From positions 8,283 to 72,282 of IMG/VR virus record IMGVR_UViG_2522572099_000001: a DNA stretch of 64,000 nucleotides; one strand, written 5' to 3'. A program made the position numbers and the translations under genes. This DNA is from a virus. Lineage: Duplodnaviria; Caudoviricetes. How positions within the stretch are numbered: position 1 is the first letter of the stretch; every line of letters starts with the position of its first letter. Below the pieces are notes generated by a model, which worked only from the letters and a program-made list of their open reading frames with translations, did no database searches and had not been told where the DNA came from. This document shows, one piece after another, positions 9,639-19,269 of the stretch.

Positions 9639-10541
9639 ATGAGCCATGCCGCCACGAATTGGGCGATCACGCAACGCGGGCTCAAGCCAGCGACGAGGGT
9701 TGTCCTATGGCACCTGTGCGACCGACATAATCCCGATTTAGGGTGCTTCCCATCTCAGGATGGGCTTGCCTACGATTGTGAGATGTCGCGTTCGGCGCTC
9801 AATGAGCATTTGAAGCTTTTGGAGCAGCTCGGCCTCATCCGTCGGGAGCAGCAGATCAACCAACGGACGAAGCAGCAAGAGAACACGCGCTACCGCTTCT
9901 CATTTGAACGGGACTTCGTCGCGATACTAGATGTGGTGGTCCCGAGTCCGGAATCCGGACACGGAGCCGAGTCCGGAAAAAGCGCAAAGCCGTGTCCGGA
10001 AAATGGCGAAAGCCGTGTCCGGATTCCGGACACTAACCCTGTAAGGGAACCAGTAATAGAACCACCGGTGCGCGCTGACGCGCGCTGGATGGCGGATTTC
10101 GATATTTTGTGGTCGACATGGCCAGAGCAACACCGTCCAGACAATCGAGCTGCGGCAGCCAAGCTGTTCAGCAAGATCGAAGCTGGTGACCGTCGGCGAG
10201 TGCTCGGGGCGGCAGAGCCCTACCGTCGGGCGATGATCATGCGCGGCAAGCCTGCTCGAATGATCCTGTTCCTTCGCGACGGGACATGGGTGGAGTTCGA
10301 TGGCTGCCCGCCGATCGACAGCGATGGCGACTTCCACATCACTCCTGATCGTCCCGAATGGCGCGAATGGCTCGGATCGATCCGCCGGCAGTATGGCGAG
10401 CCAGGCGTGCAATCGGCGGTGAAGCTAAAATTTATGAAGCGGAAAACACGTTGGCCGACCGATCTTTCGCTTGCCAACGGTGTAACCAATTTGGCACCAT
10501 CTGTAACTGGAATGGCAACTGCTTCGGCATCTCGGGGTTGA
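9639..10541 (+). CDS. Replication initiator (N-terminal HTH_36-like winged helix)
   Basis: MSHAATNWA...VLWHLCDRHN...CFPSQ..LA..CEMS; internal iterons. Confidence 0.85.
   Translation: MSHAATNWAITQRGLKPATRVVLWHLCDRHNPDLGCFPSQDGLAYDCEMSRSALNEHLKLLEQLGLIRREQQINQRTKQQENTRYRFSFERDFVAILDVVVPSPESGHGAESGKSAKPCPENGESRVRIPDTNPVREPVIEPPVRADARWMADFDILWSTWPEQHRPDNRAAAAKLFSKIEAGDRRRVLGAAEPYRRAMIMRGKPARMILFLRDGTWVEFDGCPPIDSDGDFHITPDRPEWREWLGSIRRQYGEPGVQSAVKLKFMKRKTRWPTDLSLANGVTNLAPSVTGMATASASRG
9946..10033. repeat. Iteron cluster / probable replication origin inside initiator gene
   Basis: Six TCCGGA copies (9947, 9954, 9972, 9995, 10018, 10025); AAAGCCGTGTCCGGA direct repeat with 23-bp period. Confidence 0.7.
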
Positions 10542-10546
10542 ACGGA

Positions 10547-11233
10547 ATGAGCAGTCTGTTTCTCGACAAGCCAGGAGAGTTGGAGAAGAGGATCGACCGC
10601 CTGGTCGAGCATTTTCGGCATGCGGAATATCTGTTCTACCTGAAATCGCCCAAGGGCCTGCCGACGCCACACGACCTGTTGTGGCTGCTGATTGCCGATG
10701 CGGTTCATACCGCTCGCCTGCTGCCAGACGTCGAGCGGCGGATGGTGTCGCGGGTCGGCTCGGCGATGCCGTCGGCGCGCGAGACCGAGCAGGAAGCATT
10801 CGTTCGCGAGCGGTCACGCTTGATGGACGGCATGCCGCAATATGACGCGACCGAAGTGCGTGTCGTCGTCCACGAGGATGCTTCCGACCGGATGGTCGAC
10901 GTGCTCGACCTGCTTCGCTTCGTCGTCGGCGGCCACAATGGCAAGGACGTGCTGCGCATGAAGCGCACGGTCGTTGCGCGCGCCGCCGGCCTGTCGATCG
11001 AGCAATGCGGCAGGATCTACGACAAGCACCGGCTCGGCTTCGATCGCCGCGCCATGTGGGACATCAAACAACGGATCATCGGCCAGGTGCTCAAGGGCAT
11101 CGAGCGGGAATTTGGCCTGGTTCGAACCAGCCGCAGCTTCCGGCGCCTGACAGTGCGCGAGATCGAGAAACGCCGAAAGGACCGCAAGCGCGAGGAAAAC
11201 CGCCGCCGGCGCGAGGAGGCGGAAAACGCATGA
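10547..11233 (+). CDS. Putative late transcription regulator
   Basis: Follows initiator; C-terminal HTH-like ARAAGLSIEQCGR; operator at 10482 upstream. Confidence 0.5.
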   Translation: MSSLFLDKPGELEKRIDRLVEHFRHAEYLFYLKSPKGLPTPHDLLWLLIADAVHTARLLPDVERRMVSRVGSAMPSARETEQEAFVRERSRLMDGMPQYDATEVRVVVHEDASDRMVDVLDLLRFVVGGHNGKDVLRMKRTVVARAAGLSIEQCGRIYDKHRLGFDRRAMWDIKQRIIGQVLKGIEREFGLVRTSRSFRRLTVREIEKRRKDRKREENRRRREEAENA

Positions 11234-11742
11234 GCAGCTGGGAGGCCACCGGAAAATCTGACGAATGGTACACGCCCGCCTACATTTTCGACGCGATGGG
11301 ATGCCTTTTCGATCTTGATGTCGCAGCGCCCTTCGAAGGGCCAAGACATGTTCCCTGCCACGGTTGGATTCACGATAGGAGCCTAGAGCGTCATTGGTCT
11401 GGGTTTGTGTGGATGAACCCGCCTTTCGGTGGGCGCAATTCCCTTGAACCGTGGCTCGAAAAATTCTTCGCGCATGGCAATGGCGTCGCGCTAACGCCGG
11501 ACCGCACGAGTGCGCCTTGGTGGCAGGACGCTGCCGAGCGCTCCGATGCTCACCTGTTCACGCGGGGCAAGGTGCGCTTTCTGCGGCCCGACGGCAGCGA
11601 GGGCAAGTCGCCTGGCTGTGGCACCACGCTTTTCGCGTCTGGACCGCGCGCCGTTTCTGCGCTGAGGCGCGCCGCATGCGCTGGCCTTGGTTTCTTGGCG
11701 CTACAAGCGCCAGCAACCCTGCTTGCGGAGGCAGCCGCGTGA
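11230..11742 (+). CDS. Phage DNA N6-adenine methyltransferase (Dam-like)
   Basis: DEWYTP, FDLDVAA, VWMNPPF, RTSAPWW. Confidence 0.9.
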   Translation: MSSWEATGKSDEWYTPAYIFDAMGCLFDLDVAAPFEGPRHVPCHGWIHDRSLERHWSGFVWMNPPFGGRNSLEPWLEKFFAHGNGVALTPDRTSAPWWQDAAERSDAHLFTRGKVRFLRPDGSEGKSPGCGTTLFASGPRAVSALRRAACAGLGFLALQAPATLLAEAAA

Positions 11743-12161
11743 TCAACATCGCCATGCCGCGTGACCTGGTCCGCCGCCGCAAGAATGCCGGCTATGCCGC
11801 TGTCTGCGCCGTCGGCTTCCCGGCCGATCCCTGTGTGTTTCGGCTCGCCACCGCGGAGAACGTCGAGGCCCACCTTGCCATGCTGCAGCCTGGCAGCTGG
11901 CAGGCCTTGCGGTTCGAGCGCCTGGTCTGGACGCCCGGCCTTGCCGTGGCGCGCACCATCGTCGTCGGCGTCGAACGCTTGCTGGCCAGCAGCGCTCTTG
12001 GCCATCACTGGTTTCGCTCGAGTCTCGAAGTCCTCGACATCGCCATCGCCGCCGAGGCGATGAGCCTCAAAGCCCAGACCTGGTCGCATGCCGAGTTGGT
12101 TGAGCGGCTGCGTGAGCAATCCAACCGTCAGGCCGATCGTTTCGCGGAGGGCGTTTTCTAA
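11739..12161 (+). CDS. Degenerate GIY-YIG/T5orf172-like protein
   Basis: LAMLQPGSW..L...HHWF pattern; GTGA coupling. Confidence 0.45.
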   Translation: MINIAMPRDLVRRRKNAGYAAVCAVGFPADPCVFRLATAENVEAHLAMLQPGSWQALRFERLVWTPGLAVARTIVVGVERLLASSALGHHWFRSSLEVLDIAIAAEAMSLKAQTWSHAELVERLREQSNRQADRFAEGVF

Positions 12162-12162
12162 A

Positions 12163-12483
12163 ATGTTCCCGACCGCCGATCAGATTGCGCTGGCGCTCGT
12201 CGTGGCCTGCCGGCTGAGCGCAACGAACCCGATCCTGACCGCGCTTGGCCAGGTTTCGCATCGGGAGGCGCGCGGCCGGCATCTGGCTTTCGCGGCACTC
12301 ATCGAGGCGTTCCCCGAGGCGCGCAAAATCGGCATCGCCAGATGCTGCGGATACGGCAAAGGCATGGCCTCGGCCATGGGCAATATCCCGACCTATCGCA
12401 AGGCGACCTGGTGGCGTGAGGACTGGATCGACGAAATCGTCGGTCTCCTCGTCGCCGAGCAATATGGCGAGCAGGCCGCGTAA
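12163..12483 (+). CDS. Hypothetical protein
   Basis: ORF directly after upstream stop. Confidence 0.6.
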   Translation: MFPTADQIALALVVACRLSATNPILTALGQVSHREARGRHLAFAALIEAFPEARKIGIARCCGYGKGMASAMGNIPTYRKATWWREDWIDEIVGLLVAEQYGEQAA

Positions 12484-12521
12484 CTGTTTTCAAGCTTACC
12501 AACCACAAGGAACCGTCTCGC

Positions 12522-12869
12522 ATGAACGCAATCGCAGCCGACCTCGCCCATGCCGTCGACAACGAGCTCAACGTCGTTGCCTTCAAGCCGATGGACCCCG
12601 AGACCGAACTGGATCGGCTCGCAAAGGCGCATCGTCTCGGCGTCGCCAAATATGATCAACGCATCTCCGACACCCGCAAGCAGATGAAGGCCGATGTCGC
12701 CAAACTGGAGGCTGACCGCGATGCGGAAAAACTTCGGCATGAAGCCGAGATGGCGGTCCTCGCCGGGCGCATCGGTGAAATCAGGGACAAGGCCAACAAC
12801 GACATGGCGGCCGATCGCAAGCTGTCTGCGTCCTGCCGCGCAGCGCTTGATGCCCTGGTGCGCGAATGA
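12522..12869 (+). CDS. Coiled-coil hypothetical protein
   Basis: AAGGA RBS. Confidence 0.7.
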   Translation: MNAIAADLAHAVDNELNVVAFKPMDPETELDRLAKAHRLGVAKYDQRISDTRKQMKADVAKLEADRDAEKLRHEAEMAVLAGRIGEIRDKANNDMAADRKLSASCRAALDALVRE

Positions 12870-13180
12870 TCCGCGCCGGGCTAATCCTCACGCTCATCGC
12901 TTTGCCGGCGGTGGCCCATGACGCTCCGCCGAGCGCCGCCATGCCGAAAGGTTGGACATTTGCGTCGCGCTGCTGCGGCAACGGCGATTGCTACCCCGTC
13001 CAGACCGACGCCATTCGCGAAAGGCCGGACGGCTATCATATCCTGTCGACCGGCGAGGTGATCCCCTACCAGTCGACGAAGGTCCTGCCGTCGCCCGACG
13101 GCCTGCCATATCGCTGCTCGACGGCCGGCAGCGTGCAGGGCGTCACCTATTGCATCTATGTGCCGAAAGGCGGCGTGTGA
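12866..13180 (+). CDS. Small secreted Cys-rich protein
   Basis: Signal peptide MIRAGLILTLIALPAVA; CCGNGDC...C...C. Confidence 0.7.
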   Translation: MIRAGLILTLIALPAVAHDAPPSAAMPKGWTFASRCCGNGDCYPVQTDAIRERPDGYHILSTGEVIPYQSTKVLPSPDGLPYRCSTAGSVQGVTYCIYVPKGGV

Positions 13181-14310
13181 TGTCGCTTGTCCGCTACGAC
13201 GCCGCCTGCCTCGCCCTGGCCAATGCCAAGACCATCGACGAGGTGAAGGACTTTGCCGACAAAGCCGAGGCGATGCGCGCCTATGCCAGGCAAGCGAAGA
13301 ACCACCAGATGGAGGTCGACGCGGCCGAAATCCGCATCCGCGCCGAGCGGCGGCTGGGCGAACTGATCGTCGCGCAGAAGACCACGATCGGCCTCAATCC
13401 TGGCGGCCGGCCAAAAACCAGTGCCTCGGCGGAACGGCTTCCAGAACAGCCAACCCTTTCCGATGTCGGCGTCGATCGCAAGATGTCGTCGCGGGCGCAA
13501 AAAATGGCTGCTGTTCCCGAAGGCGAGTTCGAAGCCATGGTCGGCGACTGGCGCCAGCGCATCGAGATCGAGAACGAGCGCGTCACCGTCAACCTGCTCA
13601 AGGCCGGCGAAAAGCGGCTTTCGCGCGACCAGCGTGAGGCCGAGCTTGCAGCCAGGCAGCTGGCGCTGCCGACCGCGAAATTCGGCCTGATCGTGGCCGA
13701 TCCCGAGTGGCAGTTCGAGCCCTACAGCCGCGTCACCGGCATGGATCGCGCCGCCGACAACCATTATCCGACGTCGAACCTCGACACGATCATGGCGCGC
13801 GACGTCGCCTCGATCGCGGCCGACGACTGCATCCTGTTCCTGTGGGCCACGGCGCCGATGCTGATTGAGGCGATCTGCGTGCTCGACGCGTGGGGCTTCG
13901 CCGTGCTCGAGCGTGACGCCGAGGTCGGCAACCTGCGGCCGGTCAAGGCCGAGGCGCGCTATGTGACGTCGTTCGCCTGGCTCAAGGAGCGGATAATCAC
14001 CGGCTACTGGAACCGGGGCAAGCACGAGATCCTGCTCGTGGCGACGCGCGGCCATCCCGTGGCGCCGGACATGCACGATCCGAAACTGCCGTCCTGGTTC
14101 GAGGGCGAGGCAATCCAGGCGCCGAGCGGCGAGCATTCGGCCAAGCCGGAACTGTTCCTGGAGTGGATCGACAAGCTTTGGCCCAACACGCCCAAGATCG
14201 AGCTTAACCGGCGCGGCCCGGCCCGGCCAAATTGGGAGGCCTGGGGGAATCAGGCCGATCTGCCGCCGCACGATCCGGTGACGGGTGAACTCATCGACGG
14301 TGTCTCGTGA
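13180..14310 (+). CDS. MT-A70 family N6-adenine methyltransferase with N-terminal extension
   Basis: IVADPEW, LFLWAT, HEILLVATRG, HSAKP, W..WGNQ. Confidence 0.9.
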   Translation: MSLVRYDAACLALANAKTIDEVKDFADKAEAMRAYARQAKNHQMEVDAAEIRIRAERRLGELIVAQKTTIGLNPGGRPKTSASAERLPEQPTLSDVGVDRKMSSRAQKMAAVPEGEFEAMVGDWRQRIEIENERVTVNLLKAGEKRLSRDQREAELAARQLALPTAKFGLIVADPEWQFEPYSRVTGMDRAADNHYPTSNLDTIMARDVASIAADDCILFLWATAPMLIEAICVLDAWGFAVLERDAEVGNLRPVKAEARYVTSFAWLKERIITGYWNRGKHEILLVATRGHPVAPDMHDPKLPSWFEGEAIQAPSGEHSAKPELFLEWIDKLWPNTPKIELNRRGPARPNWEAWGNQADLPPHDPVTGELIDGVS

Positions 14311-14483
14311 TCGACACCCGGGCAAAGCTCGACATGGTGCGCGCCATCCTGCTCGCTAAAATCGCATGGCTCGACAGTTTCTCGGCTGGGCGCAGCAAGC
14401 GACCCGATCATGAAATCGCGGCACGGCGGCAAGAGGTGCTCGTCCTTCGCGCGATCGCCGAGGATTATGAGGGGAAGGCATGA
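14307..14483 (+). CDS. 58-aa hypothetical protein (not in ORF track)
   Basis: GTG start and TGA stop both overlap neighbours; ends LRAIAEDYEGKA. Confidence 0.6.
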   Translation: MIDTRAKLDMVRAILLAKIAWLDSFSAGRSKRPDHEIAARRQEVLVLRAIAEDYEGKA

Positions 14484-14755
14484 ATTGCTTCAACGGTTTC
14501 ACCGTTCCCGTTGTGGGCGGTCATCACGCCATGCTGCGCTTCGCCGAGGACGGCCAGGCCGAGCCGGTCCTTGGTCCAAGCGGCAAGCCCAAGCTGTTCC
14601 CGAGCGAACTGGAGGCGCAGCGCGCGGTGGTGGAACACCTTCTGAAATACTTCAACGGACGGTTTCGCCGCGAAGGCGCCGTCTTGCCGAGCAACCAATC
14701 CGAGATAGCCCGCGTTTTCCGCAAGGGACGTATGATCCCGGTGGAGCACAGATAG
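14480..14755 (+). CDS. Hypothetical protein
   Basis: Coupled ORF. Confidence 0.6.
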   Translation: MNCFNGFTVPVVGGHHAMLRFAEDGQAEPVLGPSGKPKLFPSELEAQRAVVEHLLKYFNGRFRREGAVLPSNQSEIARVFRKGRMIPVEHR

Positions 14756-15049
14756 GTGGCAATTTCCGGATCCAGGCTGAGAGGCTTTCGCGAAGGCTGG
14801 GCGCTCAAGGCGTTCAATGTCGGCAAGGCGCACTATTTTCGCCGCAAGGACATGGGCCTTGTCGCCTCGCTTTGCGGCAGCCAGGACGCGCCGGCCGGAT
14901 GGCTCTACGATGCAGGATCCGGGGAGCGCTGCGAGCGGTGCGTGAAATTGCGGGGAGCCGAGATCGCGAAAGCGGTGCCAGCCGCCAGAGAGACTGGCCA
15001 GGACGAGCGTGGCGACCATTGGATGAGTGATGGGAAGGCCAGCGACTGA
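14756..15049 (+). CDS. Zn-binding hypothetical protein
   Basis: AHYF...SLCG...CERC. Confidence 0.55.
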   Translation: MAISGSRLRGFREGWALKAFNVGKAHYFRRKDMGLVASLCGSQDAPAGWLYDAGSGERCERCVKLRGAEIAKAVPAARETGQDERGDHWMSDGKASD

Positions 15050-15074
15050 CGCGCGCTGGCGGGCTTCTAAATCG

Positions 15075-15833
15075 TCAATGCCGGCTGATCAGCGAAGCGA
15101 TCTTCGTCAGCCCTTTCGGTGTGACGCGCACCTGCTCGATCATCTTCTCGGAGCCGTCCGCGCGCGGAACCGCCGTCACCTTGTGCTCGAGGTAGCCGGC
15201 GATCACCTTGGACTCGTAGCCGAGATAGTTCGATGAGCCGCGCCGCTTGAAGATCCAGCCATTGCGCAGCAGTCTGGCGAAGAACTCCTTCGGCTGCATC
15301 TGGAGGGCTTTGGCAGCATCGGTGATGCAGAGCGAGCCGTCGGCCGCGGCAATGCGCTGAAGCGCGTCATGCGACGGGCGGAGTTGGGCGACTTCCTTCT
15401 GGAGCTCCAACGCCTTGTCGGCATACGAGGCCAGTAAGCCGCGAAGCGTGGCCGGGTCGTTTAGGTCCACGGGCGGAGCGGCTTTCTTGAGAGCCGCATC
15501 CATTTGATCGAAGGCATCCATATAGGCCAGCTTGAAGTCGAGCGCCTTCGGACCGGTGAACCCCATCCCCAAAAGCGTGAAGCCTTGCCGCGTCATATCG
15601 AAGTAGCGGTGCTGCTGCTGGCGGGTCTCCGGAAGGGTGTAGACCCCCTGCGCAAAATGGAGCAGGGCCAGGCTGGGCTTCTGTTCGATGAGATTGTCGA
15701 TCGCGCGGATCACGTCGCGGTGGTTCTTTTCGAAGTAAGCCGCCACGTCGCGGCTCGTCGCGAAGACCTCGCCATTGCGCGCGAACACGACCGGCGTCGC
15801 TTCATTGACGTAACTGACCGCCGCTTGTGTCAT
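15075..15833 (-). CDS. Rha plus KilAC/ANT antirepressor
   Basis: ATSRDVA.YFEK.H..VIRAI...MTRQGFTLLGMGFTG (Rha); ITDAAK.L...VTPKGL (ANT). Confidence 0.9.
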   Translation of the reverse strand: MTQAAVSYVNEATPVVFARNGEVFATSRDVAAYFEKNHRDVIRAIDNLIEQKPSLALLHFAQGVYTLPETRQQQHRYFDMTRQGFTLLGMGFTGPKALDFKLAYMDAFDQMDAALKKAAPPVDLNDPATLRGLLASYADKALELQKEVAQLRPSHDALQRIAAADGSLCITDAAKALQMQPKEFFARLLRNGWIFKRRGSSNYLGYESKVIAGYLEHKVTAVPRADGSEKMIEQVRVTPKGLTKIASLISRH

Positions 15834-16342
15834 GGCGCATGCACCTCGACAAAATGGATATTGCCCGGAAGCGCGCAGGTGAGCCGGGGTGCGACGGCAA
15901 TTCCCATCTCCGCGCCGTAGACGGCCATGTAGCGCTGAAGCTGCTTCGTCGCCCTATCGTCGAAGGCGACTAGCTTGACCTCGACCGGGCACTTCCGCAT
16001 CTTCCATTCAACGAATCCATCAGGGATGTTCCTGCGGTTGCATTCCACGGTCGTCTGCCGCGCGCCAGGAAGGTAGCGCACCAAATTTTTGTAGAACTCG
16101 CCTCGGATGTCGGATTCCTGGACCTTGGCATCATTAATGCTTTTCATGATGAGCAAAGCGACACCCTCTCTCAGGTGTGACAGGAGAAAGGTTGCATCGA
16201 TGCCCTTCAACAATTCCCTGGCCTTTGTTGGCTCGTACATGGCCATGCGAGCTATCTCATCGAGTTGAAGCGCCTCACGGCAGACTCGCGCCGCGTGAGC
16301 CGCCAATTGGAGATCGCTAAGGTGCGCCTGTTCCTCTCGCAT
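15830..16342 (-). CDS. Protein with C-terminal PD-(D/E)XK nuclease-like domain
   Basis: IPDGFV...PVEVK...QLQRYM; start MREEQA after GGAG. Confidence 0.65.
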   Translation of the reverse strand: MREEQAHLSDLQLAAHAARVCREALQLDEIARMAMYEPTKARELLKGIDATFLLSHLREGVALLIMKSINDAKVQESDIRGEFYKNLVRYLPGARQTTVECNRRNIPDGFVEWKMRKCPVEVKLVAFDDRATKQLQRYMAVYGAEMGIAVAPRLTCALPGNIHFVEVHAP

Positions 16343-16378
16343 CGTCGTTGCTCCGGTCGACTCGTTGGTAACCAGGAA

Positions 16379-16407
16379 AGTGTATGATGTAACCAATTTG
16401 GTTGCAA
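16379..16407 (-). promoter_or_regulatory. Operator-overlapped promoter of nuclease-antirepressor operon
   Basis: TTGCAA-N17-TACACT; operator GTAACCAATTTGGTTGC 16389-16405. Confidence 0.7.
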
Positions 16408-16419
16408 AATATTTGGCAT

Positions 16420-16453
16420 GAAAACGCCCGCCGCGAGGACCAGTCGCGGCGGG
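16420..16453 (-). terminator. Rho-independent terminator after parB
   Basis: CCCGCCGCGA/TCGCGGCGGG stem followed by TTTT on minus strand. Confidence 0.65.
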
Positions 16454-16490
16454 CACCTCGGCCCCACGGAGAAAAGGCCGAGGCTGTTCG

Positions 16491-17360
16491 CTACATCAGC
16501 ATCGTGCGGGCATGTGCCTGGCGCAGTTGGGATTCCATCGTGCGGATGGTCCGCGATGCTGCCGCCAGCGTGTCGGCCCATTTGTCGGCCCGGGTTGGGT
16601 CGACGGATTTCAGCGCCACGCACTCCCCGTCCTTGAAACCGGCCGCGATCGCCGTGACGATCCGCTCGACGGTGCGCTCCATCCTGCTCATGGCGGCGAT
16701 GTCGTCCTTCGACGGTTCGGGTCGATCGTCGAACATGCCACCCTGCTCGATGCGGTCGCGCACGGCTTGCGCCGCCGCCTTGACGCCCGACCAGTCTTTC
16801 AGCTTGCCGCTGGTGAACAGCTTCACAATTGCCATCTGCTCATGCTTCGGCAGGTCGACCAGATAGTTCGCGTGCCCGAGTGGGAACTGGTTGGCGTCGA
16901 CCAGGCTCTGGATGGTCTCGTCCAGATTGAGCAGCGCCGTGCGGTCGGCGATCCGCCGCGGCTGAACGCCGAGATCCTTCGCCAGTTTCTCCACGGTCCA
17001 GCCCATGTCGAGCATCGCCTTGAACGCGCGCGCCTCCTCGACAGCACGCAGATCGGCGCGCTGCAGGTTCTCAATGATCGCTTTCAGCGCCATCTCGTCG
17101 TCGCTCATGTCCTCGACCTCGCAGAGGATGGTCGGCGTCTTGCCGAGCGCGCCGTCGTCCGCAAGCAGGCAATGGGCCCGCCAGCGGCGCTCGCCGCCGA
17201 CGATGATGAAATGCTCGCCGGCTGGCCTGACCGTGATGGCCTGCATGAGGCCGCGCTCGCGGATGGAATCGGCCAACTCGCGCAGCGCCTTGACCTCAAA
17301 GAGTTTCCTTGGCTGCCCCGGATTCGGGATGACCTGGGTGAGGGGGATGCGCTTTTTCAT
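16491..17360 (-). CDS. parB: ParB/RepB/Spo0J family protein
   Basis: PNPGQPRK.F...LADSIRERGLMQAI.VR...GERRWRA...ENLQRADL. Confidence 0.9.
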   Translation of the reverse strand: MKKRIPLTQVIPNPGQPRKLFEVKALRELADSIRERGLMQAITVRPAGEHFIIVGGERRWRAHCLLADDGALGKTPTILCEVEDMSDDEMALKAIIENLQRADLRAVEEARAFKAMLDMGWTVEKLAKDLGVQPRRIADRTALLNLDETIQSLVDANQFPLGHANYLVDLPKHEQMAIVKLFTSGKLKDWSGVKAAAQAVRDRIEQGGMFDDRPEPSKDDIAAMSRMERTVERIVTAIAAGFKDGECVALKSVDPTRADKWADTLAAASRTIRTMESQLRQAHARTMLM

Positions 17361-18148
17361 GACCGGCCCTCCGCTTTGGCAATGGCAGCGTCAATCGTTG
17401 CCTCGATGTCGGCTATGATATGCATTTCCGCGTTGTCGCTGTCGGCGTCATGATAACTGCCAATCTTGCCGGCAACTGTGATGAGTGCCGACAGCAGATC
17501 GGGCCGCGCCTGTTCGCGCGGGATTGCCGCGCGCAGTCCGGCGAGGATGTCTCCAATGCCTTCCTGCGTCTCGTCGTCTTCAAAGCCGCTGATGAAGGAC
17601 TCTGCCTGAGTCAGCGCGTCGACGGTATCGCTGGCGTGGTCTGCGACCGGTGAATCGGCGGCCACCATTTCGTCGGTATGCCAGCCGTCGTTGGTCGCGG
17701 CCATTGCTTCGCCAAGATCACCTCCGTAGACGTCCTTGAAATCGTCTAACGTGGTGGCGAGCGTCCCGGCGTTCTCGAATGCGTAATCCCACAAGTGGGA
17801 GTCGCGCTCCTCCTCGCTCGCGAATAGGTGAAGCTCGCAAGCCCGGTCATTGTCGATTGCCAGCGCAAAGCAGCTGCTGACGATGACGGGCGCTGGCGGC
17901 TTCGGATCATATTCGCTCGGCAGGCTGTGCCCCGCCCAATCGCCGAGCTCCTCGCCGGTGTCGTCGTCGGAGGCGTCGATCACGGCCAGATCCTGGCCGC
18001 TGTCGGTGGTCGTTTCCTTGATGTCGATGTGCTCGCCGATATAGTCGGCGGTGAGGAGCTTCATGCCCTCCTCTACCGTCTCGGCCTTGACCACGACGTT
18101 CCCGTAGCAGCGGAGGTTTACGCCCATGTGGAAGTTGATGTTACGCAT
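17357..18148 (-). CDS. Acidic multi-domain hypothetical protein
   Basis: Coupled ORF; ends AAIAKAEG. Confidence 0.7.
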   Translation of the reverse strand: MRNINFHMGVNLRCYGNVVVKAETVEEGMKLLTADYIGEHIDIKETTTDSGQDLAVIDASDDDTGEELGDWAGHSLPSEYDPKPPAPVIVSSCFALAIDNDRACELHLFASEEERDSHLWDYAFENAGTLATTLDDFKDVYGGDLGEAMAATNDGWHTDEMVAADSPVADHASDTVDALTQAESFISGFEDDETQEGIGDILAGLRAAIPREQARPDLLSALITVAGKIGSYHDADSDNAEMHIIADIEATIDAAIAKAEGRS

Positions 18149-18647
18149 TGGCCTGGCCCTCCGCCTTCGCGATGGCCGCATGAAGCTTTGCCGCCAGCAC
18201 CGCATAGGGCAGATGGGCGTTTTGAGGCGTGATGCTGTCGAGTGGCCAGCAACCGGCGATCTCTTTCAGAACAGCCAGCATGTCGGCGGTGACCGTCTCG
18301 ACGTAAGCGACGGTGTCGCGCTGGTCCTGGTGACCGCGTTTGTCGGTCGTGCCGGCGAGGGAGCCGATCAGCCGAAGCTGGTCGACCAAGGCAGGCCCAT
18401 GGGAAGGGCCGGTGACTGGCGGAAGAGGCCGTTGGCGGCTGTGCACCAACGCGACCAGGCGATCGAAATTCGCGTCCGGCATGCGGATCGCTTCGCCGAC
18501 CGGGTCTGCCATGAAGGCTTCGACCTGGTCGCGATGTGAGGCGAGGGCCGATCCCCAATTGGCGTCGATCACGCCGGCGGTTAAGAGGTCGAGCTTATCG
18601 AGGCCAAGCAGGATACGAAGGGCATTATGGAAGCGGGCGGCGTTCAT
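18141..18647 (-). CDS. Hypothetical protein
   Basis: Coupled ORF; ends AAIAKAEG. Confidence 0.65.
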   Translation of the reverse strand: MNAARFHNALRILLGLDKLDLLTAGVIDANWGSALASHRDQVEAFMADPVGEAIRMPDANFDRLVALVHSRQRPLPPVTGPSHGPALVDQLRLIGSLAGTTDKRGHQDQRDTVAYVETVTADMLAVLKEIAGCWPLDSITPQNAHLPYAVLAAKLHAAIAKAEGQANA

Positions 18648-19060
18648 GCCAGTTCCCTTTCGATCTTGTCGGATAGAGGCTTGAGCACCTCGTTCCAGAT
18701 CGCGTTGCAGATTTCGTTGTCGCTGTAGTCGGCCACGACGTCCCAGCCATCGTTGCCGTAGATCAGCTGGAACCAGCCCAACTTGTCGCCGGCAGCGTTG
18801 CGGATGACGATGCCGTCTTCGTCGGTCGACGCCAACGCGGCCATGATCTCGGCCTTGTCGGTCGACTTCCTCACCGGCCAGTCTTCCCCGTCGCTAACGG
18901 AGATCACATAGCCGCGCTTCAAGCAGCCATCCACCAGGGCGGTGCACATGCGGCGCTCGGCCTTCATGCGTCGAGCTAGCGCCGGGCTGTAGTTGCGGTG
19001 ATCGTAGTCGGAGGCGTTCGCGATGGCTTGATCGAAGCCGGTCTTGATGGTCGTGGTCAT
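18644..19060 (-). CDS. Conserved phage protein (SVSDGEDW...STDED...LIYGNDG.DVVADY)
   Basis: Start preceded by TACCACGGAGA leader motif. Confidence 0.75.
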   Translation of the reverse strand: MTTTIKTGFDQAIANASDYDHRNYSPALARRMKAERRMCTALVDGCLKRGYVISVSDGEDWPVRKSTDKAEIMAALASTDEDGIVIRNAAGDKLGWFQLIYGNDGWDVVADYSDNEICNAIWNEVLKPLSDKIERELA

Positions 19061-19079
19061 GGTCTTCTCCGTGGTAGAG

Positions 19080-19247
19080 GAAATCGATGCCGCTCCGGCG
19101 GCTATGCTATGCCTGGCCCGTGCTCCCGAGCAGCTTTCGGCCGCCGGATGAATGAGCGAGAAGTCACCAATCGCCAGCCCGCATTCGTCGGGTTTGCCTG
19201 GCAAAGGCTGCAGCGGTGAAAGGAAGCGGCTTTCGGGCATCGATTTC
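19080..19247 (-). ncRNA. Structured 5' leader RNA candidate
   Basis: Perfect 12-bp closing stem GAAATCGATGCC/GGCATCGATTTC; internal 9-bp stem TCCGGCGGC/GCCGCCGGA; lies between promoter and RBS. Confidence 0.5.
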
Positions 19248-19269
19248 GGTTTTTCCTAAGTACATCAAT

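Noticed and set aside
7600-16460. Alphaproteobacterial LexA box controlling induction
   Set aside because: No GTTC-N7-GTTC seen in the intergenic regions inspected; scan by eye was not exhaustive
17357-18647. Shared AAIAKAEG C-terminus in adjacent genes
   Set aside because: Very common mobile helix in phage early proteins; little new information
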